A stretch of DNA of 64,000 nucleotides from Eledone cirrhosa (taxonomy: Eukaryota). The DNA is taken from positions 297,352,001 to 297,416,000 of the forward strand of contig OZ024742.1 in NCBI GenBank assembly GCA_964016885.1. Direction: 5' to 3'. Positions 1-11,426 of this stretch are shown here, piece after piece. A program made the translations under genes and the position numbers. Positions within the stretch are counted from its first letter, which is position 1, and every line of letters begins with the position of its first letter. A model generated the notes under the pieces. It was not told the origin of the DNA. It searched no databases and saw nothing but the letters and a program-made list of their open reading frames with translations.

Positions 1-947
1 CTTGATCTACTTAGTGCCTCTTTTAAACCTTATCATAAACCTAACGAGAATCTAAGATATATACACAAAGAGTCTTGCCATCCCCCTATAATTTATAAAA
101 ATCTTACTCATAATATTAGCCGTAGGATTTCTACCTTATCTTCGTATCTAGACATTTTTAACGAAGCCGTCCCTTATTATAATAAGGCCCTCAATAACAG
201 CAGCTTTACAGAACATATTAAATATTTACCAACTCCTCCCCACAAAACTAGTCATAATAACAGGAAAAGGAAAATTATTTAGTTTACATCCCGTTCTCTC
301 TAACTGTCAAAACTCATGTAGGAAGGAAATTCCTTGACCTCCTAGACAAACATTTCCCCCCTAATCATAGATATTATAAGATTTTTAATAGAAATGTAGT
401 CAAAATCAGTTACTCTTGCTGTCCATCAATGAAGTCTAAAATCACCAACTCTAATCGTACGAGAGTAAATCCAGGATGCAGTTGCAGGAAGCCGGAAGAA
501 TACCCATTACAGGGCAAATGTAATACTAAAGCCATTGTGTATGAGGCCAAATTGACACCGTTGGCTAACAACCAGCCAGCCAAGAGTGAACGATATGTTG
601 GCATGACTCAGGACAGGTTCAAAACCAGGTTTTATGCACATGTCGCTTCTTTTAAACACTCTGATAAAAGAACAACAACGGTTCTCGCAAATAAAGTGTG
701 GGAATTCAAAGACAAAAACATCCCGTACACTATCGATTGGTCTATTTTGGACCATTCTAGAGAATACCAAAGGGGCACAAAGTATTGCTCTTTGTGCACC
801 ACAGAAAAATTTAGAATTTTCCAAAATTTGAAAGCCAATTCCACTTGCCTTAACTCCAAGACCGAGATCTTCAGATGTTGTCCTCAGCTGAAATCACATC
901 TACTTTGTAACTGGATTGACATTCCTAAGATGACTCAACCACCTTGA
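1..947 (+). mobile_element. Penelope-like retroelement (PLE), 3' part of ORF (RT thumb + linker + GIY-YIG), decayed; Hydra-clade-like
   Basis: Frame 1 from base 1 reads LDLLSASFKPYHKPNENLRYIHKESCHPPIIYKNL...RKRKII*, with TAG at 280-282 where W of the IIWFNPP-type motif is expected. After a frameshift it continues ...VGRKFLDLLDKHFPPNHRYYKIFNRNVVKISYSC into ORF 429-947. These are typical PLE RT C-terminal motifs. Clade assignment is from recalled motifs only. Confidence 0.85.
429..947 (+). pseudogene. GIY-YIG endonuclease domain of the PLE
   Basis: CSC...PLQGKC linker, IVYEA...YVGMT (GIY-YIG), RFKTRFYAH, KVW, CSLCTTEK, CLNSKTE. Confidence 0.85.
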
Positions 948-1185
948 ATTCTTCTTTATTCATTACGCCTTACATCCACTACGATGATTATTATTACTCT
1001 CTGAACTCACATTCTGTACCCATATAACTCTCTGAACTCACATTCTGTACCCATATATTCTGTTTCCCCTCATCTCCTCTTATATTTATATATATTTTTT
1101 CCTTTGTTATTTATTTTTCCTATTCGTCCCTACCTTCTACCCTACCCTTTACACACCCACCTTTTTTATATATAGATCTTTATTT

Positions 1186-1232
1186 TTGTGTGTATGTATG
1201 TATATGTATGTATGTGTTTGTATGTATGTGTA

Positions 1233-1302
<70 letters not shown>
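1186..1302. repeat. (TG/TA)n microsatellite
   Basis: Direct reading. Confidence 0.95.
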
Positions 1303-1306
<4 letters not shown>

Positions 1307-1432
1307 GAAGTTCTATTTAAATTGTTGGGATACAAGCAAATATTTTTATAACTGATATAAAGCACTCAACAAATTATTGGAGTAAAAATACGATATATTA
1401 ACAAATGGAAACTATATTTATAAAACCATATT

Positions 1433-1497
1433 TATTTCATTATACATATTTCAAGGACACCAAGTTAAATTGTGGTGTGCTTTCATCAGATAAAATA
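1433..1497 (-). ncRNA. Type I minimal hammerhead ribozyme (family A, copy 1)
   Basis: Reverse complement of 2568-2632. Confidence 0.8.
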
Positions 1498-2567
1498 TAA
1501 TATAGATCAGTTTTATAAATAAATATTGACATACCCTTCAAGAATGCGACCATTTCTGTTGGAAGCTCCCGGATAGTGGGGTTATTAAATTTATTTAGTC
1601 TATTTGTTATAAAGGACTTCTTACGGTTTATGCTAAACAAACTTATATAATAACAGTCACAACTATATTACAGGTGGATTTATTAGATATAAAATTTATA
1701 AATTTTATAAAATTATAACTTACTATTAAATAATATAAGGTATGTATAATCTTAAATTTCCTTTATTATCTTAATATTTATAACACTTACTTTCCTTCAC
1801 GGTGTTTTGCTATTACATAGAAATGAATTTTCTCCGATTTTTTCTCCGATTTCTCCGAAAAATCTATAAGTTTAGAAAAGTTACTATATCTTAAACATAA
1901 AAAATCTTTTATTGTATATATATATGTGTATGTATATATATATGTATATATATATATATATGTGTGCGTATGTATATATATGAATATATTCTTTTAATAA
2001 TATATAGTTTTAATAATATATAGATTTTAATAATATATAGATCTCAATTTTAATGAATAGATCTCAATAATTTAATTGAAAATTTAATTGATAAACTAAA
2101 CATTTAATCATATTTAAACACTGGTAAAATTCTCCAGTTATTATTATTTATTTATTTTTATTCACACTTATTTACTGTTCTTAACTCATCCAATAAATAT
2201 TTATTTTTTCACTTCATCTTAAAAGTTACGCTAATACAACAACCTATCACTTGGGGCTTTCTCTTTCTCTTTCTTTTTTTCTTTTTTCTTTTTTCTTCTC
2301 TTTCTCTTTCTCTTTCTCTTTCTCTTTCTCTTTCTCTTGTTTTCTTATTTTCCTCTTAGAGTTTGCTCTTTTTCTCTTTATTTTCTTTCCCTTTTTTCTA
2401 TACCCCAACGGTTTATTTTAAATCTACTGTGATTTAAACATATCCGACACTAATTTGCATAATAGACTAAATAAATTTAATAACCCCACTATCCGGGAGC
2501 TTCAAACAGAAATGGTCGCATTCTTGAAGGGTATGTCAATATTTATTTATAAAACTGATCTATATTA

Positions 2568-2632
2568 TATTTTATCTGATGAAAGCACACCACAATTTAA
2601 CTTGGTGTCCTTGAAATATGTATAATGAAATA
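2568..2632 (+). ncRNA. Type I minimal hammerhead ribozyme (family A, copy 2)
   Basis: tattttat-CTGATGA-aagcacacca(caatttaact)tggtgtcctt-GAAA-tatgta-TA-atgaaata. Helix I is 8 bp, helix II pairs at 9/10 positions, and the cleavage triplet is AUA. Confidence 0.8.
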
Positions 2633-2678
2633 AATATGGTTTTATAAATATAGTTTCCATTTGTTAATATATCGTATT

Positions 2679-2933
2679 ATATATATATATATTTATATAT
2701 TAGCGGCGATGAATTAGTTTAGCGAGGTTTTTTATATGAAATCGTGTGTCGAAACAGATATTGTTATACTTTATATATTTATATATTTATATATGTATAT
2801 GTATATATATATATATGTGTGCTTTTGTGAGTGTGTAATTATTGTGCGTAAATATGCACGTTTTTGTTTATATATTTGTATGTATGCATATTTATTTATA
2901 TATATATATATATATGTGTGTGTGTATGTATGA

Positions 2934-2969
<36 letters not shown>

Positions 2970-3046
2970 TTTGTGCGTGTGTGTATTTTTATATTTTGTG
3001 GTGATTTAAATTTATGTATGTGTGTGTGCATATATGTGTATGTATA

Positions 3047-3140
<94 letters not shown>

Positions 3141-3285
3141 ATTATATAAGATATTAAACATTAAATATCATATTTACTCCATGAAAATTTTGTTGAGTGG
3201 TCTACTTCAGTTATAAACATTTATATTTTTATTTATATTTGTCGTATTTCCAACCCTTTGAATACCCCTTCCACCTTTTTAATGT

Positions 3286-3378
<93 letters not shown>
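2679..3378. repeat. Compound (TA)n/(TG)n microsatellite tract
   Basis: Direct reading; source of the spurious IY/CV ORFs. Confidence 0.9.
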
Positions 3379-3381
<3 letters not shown>

Positions 3382-3630
3382 AGCAGTGGTACCCGGCGTT
3401 GCAAAGGATAAGGTATTTTGGAAGGCGGGCCGTCAACAGACCTAATCGAGGATAAACTGCATGCCTGGACAATATGTAAAGAAAATAAACCGAATACTCT
3501 GATGGCTGGATAATCTTTAAGATTTTCCTCGATGAAGCAGAAAAAATACAGGTTTTCACCTAATGCGGGCCCTAGGGGATCAAGAAAATAATATTTTTTG
3601 ATGTGCATAATATGCCTTGAAATTTCGGGA
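3379..3630 (-). mobile_element. Degenerate Helitron-type 3' end
   Basis: accagcagtggtacccggcgttgca resembles the terminus at 5382-5410 (actagcaatgtatcccggcgttgcacggg) and abuts (TA)n; the right boundary is uncertain. Confidence 0.5.
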
Positions 3631-4008
3631 AAATCGGTGTATATGTTTTTATTGTATATATACTTGTGTGTATATATTTCTATATATGTGTATGTGTATG
3701 TATGTGTGTTTGTATTTGTTTATGTATGTGTGTGTATATGTGTATTTATGTGTGTGTGTGTATATATGTGTATATATATATACATATATATATTTTTATT
3801 TTGTGCTTTTGCTTACCCCGTGTGTTTGTTTATTTATTTTTATTTGTGTTTTTTCCTCTTTCATATCGCTTTCAACTTGCTAATTTTTATTTTTTATTTT
3901 TATTTCTTTATTTTTTACTTTTACTATTGATTTCTTGTATATGTATTTTGTCTTTGTATGGTGATGTGACTGCACATGGTCGTTTATTTATTTTTATATA
4001 TTTATTTA

Positions 4009-4049
<41 letters not shown>

Positions 4050-4249
4050 GTATGTATAAATATATGTGTGTGTTTGTGTATTTATGTGTATGTGTATGTA
4101 TATTTATGTGCAAATATATATGTATGTGCGTGTGTGTGTGTTTATATACTTATATATTTATTATCTTTTCCTCTTCTTCATTCAGCCTCTCTTTCATATT
4201 CCTTATAGTTTTGTTTTGAAATCCACATTCAATAAAAACACCAGGGATT

Positions 4250-4309
4250 TTTCATTCTGATGACTGAAAGCAGATTTGTTTGCTTTCAAGAAACCACTGG
4301 TAAATGAAA
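4250..4309 (+). ncRNA. Type I minimal hammerhead ribozyme (family B)
   Basis: tttcatt-CTGATGA-c-tgaaagca(gatttgtt)tgctttca-a-GAAA-ccactgg-TA-aatgaaa. Helix I 7 bp, helix II 8 bp, GUA triplet. It lies in a ~245-bp unique island between microsatellites. Confidence 0.85.
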
Positions 4310-4402
4310 TAATTATCTTATGTTGTTTATTACATAACTATTAAGCTCTGTAACCTACATAGAGCCCTCCTTTTTCCTGGACGTTTCAGACGGAATTACT
4401 TC

Positions 4403-4442
<40 letters not shown>

Positions 4443-4943
4443 TCATCATCATTTTACGTCCGCTTTTGCCTGCTTGCAAGGGTGGGATGCGAACTGATTC
4501 TGGCTTGATTTCTACAGCTGAATGCCCTTCCTAACACCAACCTCATTTACAGTGAGTACAGGGTGCTTTTTTGCCGTGGCACCTCTACAACCACTTGCAA
4601 TCGAATAGTTTTGAGTTTAATTCTCAGACCGGGTGACGTGTTGTTTCTTTGAGCAAGACACTTTATTTCACATTGCTCTAATTTACCCAGCTGTATACAT
4701 GAGATCATAGGGACTGGGGTCCCTATCATTCCACTGCAAAGTGGTCGTAGAGGTGCTACGGCAAAAAAAGCACCCAGTACTCACTGTAAATGAGGTTGGT
4801 GTTAGGAAGGGCATCCAGCACTCACTGTAAATGAGGTTGGTGTTAGGAAGGGCATCCAGCTGTAGAAATCAAGCCAGAATCAGTTCCTGTCTCACCCTTG
4901 CAAACAGGGAAAACGGACGTAAAATGATGATGATGATGATGAT
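4443..4943. mobile_element. Two RTE-derived 3' tails in inverted orientation (4443-4595 minus, 4735-4943 plus) around a CORE-SINE fragment
   Basis: Both arms contain gttggtgttaggaagggcat(c/t)cagctgtagaaatcaagccagaatcagttc and end in ggacgtaaaa(tga)n. The middle holds ttgagcaagacactttatttcacattgctc. Confidence 0.75.
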
Positions 4944-5282
4944 AGTATATATGTAGTATATATGTATATATATATTTATATATGCTTTAATTCCTTTAAA
5001 TCTTCATCAACACTCCTTCACTCCCACACTCATTAACACCCCACCCCCACACCCAAATGTCTCTTATATTTAGAGTCACACAACCTGATCTCAGTTTGAC
5101 AATCGCCACCGACGAATGCGAGAAAGTTCTCCAGGAAAGTTAACCAGCTATCTTTAAAAATCTCCCCACCAAAGTTAACAATGAACTCATTAGATCTACT
5201 AAATCATAGTAAAAAATTAAATCAAATTGTTTAGAACTACAAGGGAAGTCATTCTTATCCTTTTTAAATATATATATATACA

Positions 5283-5350
<68 letters not shown>

Positions 5351-5382
5351 TATATACATATACATATATATATATATATATA

Positions 5383-6509
5383 CTAGCAATGTATCCCGGC
5401 GTTGCACGGGTAAGAACATTGGTAATAGCACCTCCAATGAGAAACGTTTATTTGTGAGTGCCTGTTAAAAACTCACGAAAATATACCAACAGCAAACTTG
5501 TTTTATTTGGAGAAAATTAAGAAGTTTAAAGTACAGTTTAGCTGTCTACGTACATTGTTCATAAAAATATTGTTGAGACTCTTCTTTTCATACTCCTCTG
5601 TTTTGGCCTTTTGGAGTAAATGTGAAAGAGAAAGTCACAGGTTAAGTTGGCAGAAGGTTCCAGTGTCATAGCAGTAAGGCAAAAGTTCATTCGCACTTTT
5701 TCCACTAAGTTACTCTTTCTCTCTATCCCTCTCGGTGCAGTCCCTTGCGAATTTCTTGTGTAGGCCTGGTGTAGATTTGCACCCGATCCATCGGCCCTAT
5801 GCACATGTCCGCGTTGTACGGCTTTTGGAGGAAGAAATGACCAGCAGTACATTGTTCGGTATTATTAACTAACAGCTCGGGAGGAAACTGCTTACCTCGA
5901 AGATTCATTTGCCATCGTTCTTGTCAATGCTCCGTTTAGTTGGTATTTGTTGGTCTACAGTTAGATGAATGGCGCACAAAGGGTTAATATTTATTGGCAA
6001 GAAGTGCAACTGGACTGGCTTGCCTCGCTTATATTATATATTAAGATAACAGATTAAAGTTTAAGCAAAGAATCGATGCTTTCACCCTTAGTAGGATCTT
6101 CTGAAACTAAAAAAATCAATCTGTGAACGCGAAAGTAAATATTTCGCAAAACGTTGCAGCCAAAGGAAAACAGGAAGACGATACTTTGGTTCATGAAGAC
6201 GTTCCCTGGCAATGAACGGAAAATAGCGAACATAATACATCATCAATGTTTGTCAGAATGTCGTAATGCAGACAGCCAGGCATACAGACAGATATTATAA
6301 GTGCGCGACGGAGATGGATAACCGGCGCCTAACATCCCTTTAACAACAGAAAATTGAAAAATAAAAGCTACACTTAATATCTTTAGACCGCAAGGAATAT
6401 ATAAATATATGTAAGTTTGAAGCCAATCAGAGTAGAAATGTGGATTTGTATAGACTTTGCAAAAATGAGGACACACAGACAACTACAGTTTTATATATAT
6501 GTATATATA
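5383..6509 (-). mobile_element. Non-autonomous Helitron-like element
   Basis: On the minus strand a hairpin cccg-tgcaacgc-cggg (5395-5410) is followed 8 nt later by CTAG (5383-5386), the canonical Helitron 3' end. The other end (aagtttgaagccaatc...acacacagacaactacagttttatatata) resembles Lep1-type Helitron termini. Inserted in (TA)n. Confidence 0.7.
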
Positions 6510-7020
6510 CAGTCAGTAGGCACCTCTTAACAAAAATACACCCCCGTCCCACTACCCCACCCCATCCACACCACCCCTTTCAATGTAAAGTTATGTTGGT
6601 ACCACAACATCCAGTCCTAAACAAATGAGGTCGTGTAGGTGTCGCGACAAAAAACACACAGTCCACGCTGTAATGTGGCCGTGTAGGTAACACGGTAAAA
6701 ACCTCCCAGTCCACACTGTAAACGTGGTTGGTGTTAGGAAGGGCATCCAGCCGTTGAAAACCCGCCAGACGTGTAGGTGTCACGACAAAAAAGCACACAG
6801 TCCACGCTGTAATGTGGTCGTGTAGGTAACACGGTAAAAACCTCCCAGTCCACACTGTAAACGTGGTTGGTGTTAGGAAGGGCATCCAGCCGTAGAAAGC
6901 CTGCCAGGCAGTCCTGAACAAGACAACCAATCTTGTCTCAAGTGGGAAAACTCCCGTCCAAACCCATGCAAGCGTGGAAGATGGACGTTAAACGATGATG
7001 ATGATGATGATGATGATGAT
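6510..7020 (+). mobile_element. 3'UTR-only copy of the RTE LINE at 61378-64000, with an internal ~145-bp tandem duplication
   Basis: Colinear with the reverse complement of 61378-61750; ends ggacgttaaac(gat)n. Confidence 0.85.
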
Positions 7021-7990
7021 ATATGAGCAGTCATGTCTGTGTTTTTGTCATGTAACTTAGAAGTTTGATAAGAAAGAGATTGATAAAATATGCAAAAAGA
7101 ACTTAAACAATAAGTATATACTGGCGTCAAGAAAATCGACAAAATCACACTGGTGCCCCAGCATGACCACAGTCATGAGACTGTAGCCAGTAAATGAATA
7201 AAATAATGTTAATATACAAAGGAAGATAACATGTACCACTCTATACTTGGCAAAGTAGAAAACATTTACATTTATATTAAATAAAGAAGACATTATTCTA
7301 GAAACAAAACTCTGTAGAAGTAACATTTCTCAACCACTTTATAAGGTTAGCATGTGAGGTGAAAATATTTTGATGTACTTTTTGTTTTTGATAATAGTTG
7401 AAGTTAGAAATATATTTTGCTTCTACCTGATAACACTTAACATATTACACTGAAACATGGTTTCTAATGTATTATATTCACAGAAGCTGTGTATAAAATT
7501 GGTTTCTTTCTTCTGCGTTGGGTTTTAGTTATTATTAATATTGAAATTCCCATTTATACTAAAGACATTTGATGTTTGAAATGCCATCCAGCCTTAGAAA
7601 CCATGCCAAACAATGGCCTGAGAAGTCTCTTTGTTTGTATCAAGGACATGACAACGTCTTTAGTGCTGGTGGCACACTCTGTAATGTGATGTATTCAGCC
7701 ATAGAAACCATACCAAAATAGGAACATAAGGAAGCAAGATATGGGCACATTATCAGTAACAGGACAGTAAAGCAGATTAATTACTGATTTAGTTTGTGAT
7801 GACCTGTCTGATTCATGCCAGGCTTTAAAAATGGATATTAAAGGATGATGATGATGGAAATGACAATGACGATGATGATGATGAGGAGGAGGAGGAGGAA
7901 GACGAAGGAAGGAAATGATTTACACACTGTTTGAAAACTGAATTCAGTTGTAAATTGTATATTTCTGAAATTTTATTTCAGTAATAATAA

Positions 7991-8177
7991 TTGTTTTTAC
8001 TTTTGGCACAAGGCCAGCAATTATCCCAGTGTATTACTGGTGCTTTATTTTATCGACCCCGTAAGGATGAAAGGCAAAGTTAACCTCGGCGGGATTTGAA
8101 CTCAGAACGGAAGGGGCCGTAACTCTTTGCGTCAAAGCATGGTGTCCGACCCTCTACCGATACTGCCAATCCCCGCC
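7991..8177 (-). mobile_element. tRNA-derived Nin-domain SINE
   Basis: Minus strand: A-box-like tggcagtatcgg, B-box gagttcaaatcc, Nin-like gcctttcatccttacggggtcgataaaataaag, (att)n tail, TSD cagtaataataa. Confidence 0.8.
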
Positions 8178-8200
8178 TTTACAGTAATAATAATAATAAT

Positions 8201-8413
8201 GATTTCTACTTTAGGCACAAGGCCAGAAATTTGGAGAGTGTGAAAAGTTGATTACATCGACCCCAGTGTGTGACTGGTACTTTATTTTATGGACCCTGTA
8301 AGGAAGAAAGGCAAAGTTAAGCTCGGCGAGATTTGAACTCAGACCATAAAGAGCCATAACTCTACGCTGAAAAGCATGGTGTCTGACACTCTACTGATAC
8401 TGCCAATCCACCA
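8201..8413 (-). mobile_element. tRNA-derived Nin-domain SINE (second copy, variant tail)
   Basis: Same motifs as 7991-8177. Confidence 0.75.
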
Positions 8414-8519
8414 ATAATGATAATAATAATAATGACAATTATAATAAAGACAATAATAAAAAAGAAAAAAAAGGGAAATATAGAGAAAAAAGAGAAAAAG
8501 AAAGAAAAAAAAGAATGGG

Positions 8520-10045
8520 AAGGGGAGAGAATGGCAAGAGTTCTGGTGTTGCAGAAGAGAGGGGAGGGTGAAGGGGGAGTGTGATTGGGCAAGGGGGCAG
8601 AAGTGCTGCATCCTGCAGACAAGAACACAAAAGCATTCCTGCAGACGATGGCCAGTGACACACACTGCAACAGCCACCTAACCTTGCGGGGCTCCTTCCT
8701 CAGATGGGCTGCCGAAGTTTCAATCTTGCACAGGAGTTCAGCTGTACGGGGTCAACTACCCCTGAGATCTCGATGACAACTGTTACGAAGAGGAAGCAGC
8801 CAGACAAACCCTGGCATTTGTTTATTTTACGTTCTTCTGCATGGCTCGCCGCGATACTGGGGTTTGTTGCCAAAGTCACTAAGTTGGATGCAAAGAATGT
8901 GTTGCAGCAGGTGGTGTCCCAGATGAGGGATCTACCTCCTTCAAATGGAAAGAGGGGGATTTTGCAGAGGCCAAGGGAATGGGCTACTCCGATGCGAGTG
9001 CACCCATCATCAAGAAGGGTACCAGTTGATGAGGAGGGCACCGAATTGAGTGACGCACCGTTGTTGGGCTAAGAAGTGGAGCAGAGGCAGGTGAGGCGGT
9101 GTTAGTCCAAGCCAGACTTGATCTGTCTGACAGAAGACCTACAATTAATGTCGTCACAGTTACGTTGGGGGACGGAGAGTCCTTCGCCTTTCCAGTAGGG
9201 CAAAGCATGTCCCATCTCAGGAGCCAGGTCAGATTCGGCTGTCTGGCTGAGAACCTTGCTGACAACAGTGCTACTGGAGGAGATAGAGTAGAGGTAGGCA
9301 GCTAAAGCTAGATCCGAAGCTAATCGGAGGCCAAGGCCACCGAATCTTGCTGGGAGTGTTGCCTGTTGCTAGCCTGCGCTGTTGAAACTGTCATTGCAGT
9401 GTCGAATGGAGGTATCAAGTTCCCCAAGAAGATCTGTGTGGGGGTGGCAAGGTGCACCGCACAGCGTGAATGTGAATTTGGGGAGGGCAAAACAGTTCCT
9501 CAAGAGTAAGAGAGCAGGATGAACATCAATGAGGCGCAGCCTCTCTGCCAATTGGGACAAATCTGCATGCTTGGTCTCCAGGCATTCTCTTATCGATTTC
9601 AGGAGAATGAGGGAGTTAAAAATGCATGCAGCATCTTTGGGTGTCAGCCAAGCCCCAGCCAGGATGGGATGGGAGCAGAGTATGGCATTGCAAAGTTTGG
9701 CCTCTCCGTAGCTGATGTTGCTCACCTCAAACTTGGTTGGGTTGATCTCAAGTCGAAGGAGCTTTAAAACTGGGATGATTTGTCAAAGGTCCTCAACTAC
9801 CATCTCAGCCGGCTGTCGCATCCATGTCGCGTCGTTGAGGTACCAGATATTGGGGTGGGAGTGGGGGAAGATCAACTGAGCTACGTCATTGACTGCCAGA
9901 GCTAATAGGAGCGAGCCAAGTGGGTCCCCCTGCTGGATACCTGTGGCAGAAGTAACCCTGTTGTCAACAACCATGAATGAGCTGGGTCTTCCATACGAAA
10001 GGTGAATAAAGGGGTAGATGGAGGGGACTCGTCTAAGACTCAGAA
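8520..10045 (-). mobile_element. 5'-truncated, decayed CRE-type non-LTR retrotransposon (RT + restriction-like endonuclease)
   Basis: ORF pieces: GIQQGDPLGSLLLAL and NIWYLND (RT, YLDD-type); HPALLLLRNCFALPKF; and GRSLIWDTTCCNT...AASHAEERKINK...FVTVVIEISG (RLE PD-(D/E)xK region). Multiple frameshifts. Confidence 0.8.
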
Positions 10046-10338
10046 GATGAACATTTTTATTGTTTAAATACTTCATAAAATGTATTGAATCTTTCATCAG
10101 TTTCAGCAATGACTTTTCACTTTTATTTAATCAATTTAGTGGCTGAGTATTCCACAGACATGTTTACACTTAATGTAATTCACAAGCCAAATTGGCAGTG
10201 TGTAACAAAGCTTAATGTTTGGATTACAGGTGCAATCCGTATAAGCCCTTAGAACAGAAAAATATTATGATAAAGTTACTAATTCATTTCAATTTACAAA
10301 TTCCACTGTCATCTTCCAATTACGCACACACACACACA

Positions 10339-10411
<73 letters not shown>

Positions 10412-10415
10412 TATA

Positions 10416-11412
10416 TCACAGAAAAAAGAGATTCAGTGTTGCGACGAAAGGAATTTATTGGACATATTACAAATGTATCTCGGGCGACCAGCTCGAAGCA
10501 CAATCTCTGAAAACTCTCGGACGTCCGATACGTCTCGATTCTACGAAGCAGATTTTCCTATAGTCCTTTAACATCGAATTTCTTCGTTTGTTGATTTAGA
10601 TCCTGTTGTCGTCATTCCATGAGTGGTCAAGAATTGTACACGTCACCGGTATTTCTAGCCACTCATGGTTGCCCACTTCTTGCTTCTTCTAGTTCTCCAC
10701 CTGTCAATCAAAATTTCTTCATGTATCAGAATTACTACTGTAGTGGTAGAGGGGCTGTAATCTTGAACGGCTGGCATCACTTCGACGTCTTCATTGCCCC
10801 TAGGTGCCTTAGTCTACTTCGGTCAGGTACACACCCGCAATTATGCTGTATGCGGCATTCATAATAAATAATGTTTTGCGGGAATTTAAAAAAAACAACG
10901 AATCATGGGGATATTTAGCGTAACATTAGCAGGACACAACCTTAGGATACACTCCGCCATACATATTTCAAAAAGAAAAGGAAAAAGAAAAAGAAAGAAT
11001 CTGTAGCAAGAACGTTTTTTAAAAAACGTTTTTAAAAAGCTTTCAACAGCCATTCAAACGGAAGGGCTATATCAATGGTGTTTTCAACAAATAGACCCAA
11101 TACTACACTCACACACTGGACTCAGGGGAGTGTGCATAGCCAAGATTCCGCACATATATAGGCATGAGAAAAGAAAAATCCATGGTAAGTCATCCGTACC
11201 CCCACGCATACGTGCTCAGACAAATACATCGATCCATGCATGCACACACCCGTGCCCATGCATGTCTGTGTGGACCACACATACATACACGCACCCACGT
11301 GTTCAAGATCCGGGAGTCTTGAACATTTTCCTATTACCCACTCTACTACCCTAAGTATTGAGTACTCTGGTGCATTATGGTCCACCTGGTTCCTTACCAC
11401 ACTTCCTTCGTT
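10416..11412. mobile_element. Unclassified ~1-kb element between (TA)n tracts
   Basis: Its terminal ~85 bp (11329-11412) recur inverted at 36350-36435, also next to (TA)n. Confidence 0.5.
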
Positions 11413-11426
11413 ATATATATATATAT

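Larger units (their letters stand above)
1387..2678. mobile_element. Inverted pair of ~218-bp pseudo-LTR-like arms (1387-1604 / 2461-2678), each carrying a hammerhead
   Basis: The arms are near-identical reverse complements (one mismatch seen) and lie among (TA)n tracts. Inverted pLTRs are a known PLE insertion structure. Confidence 0.8.
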
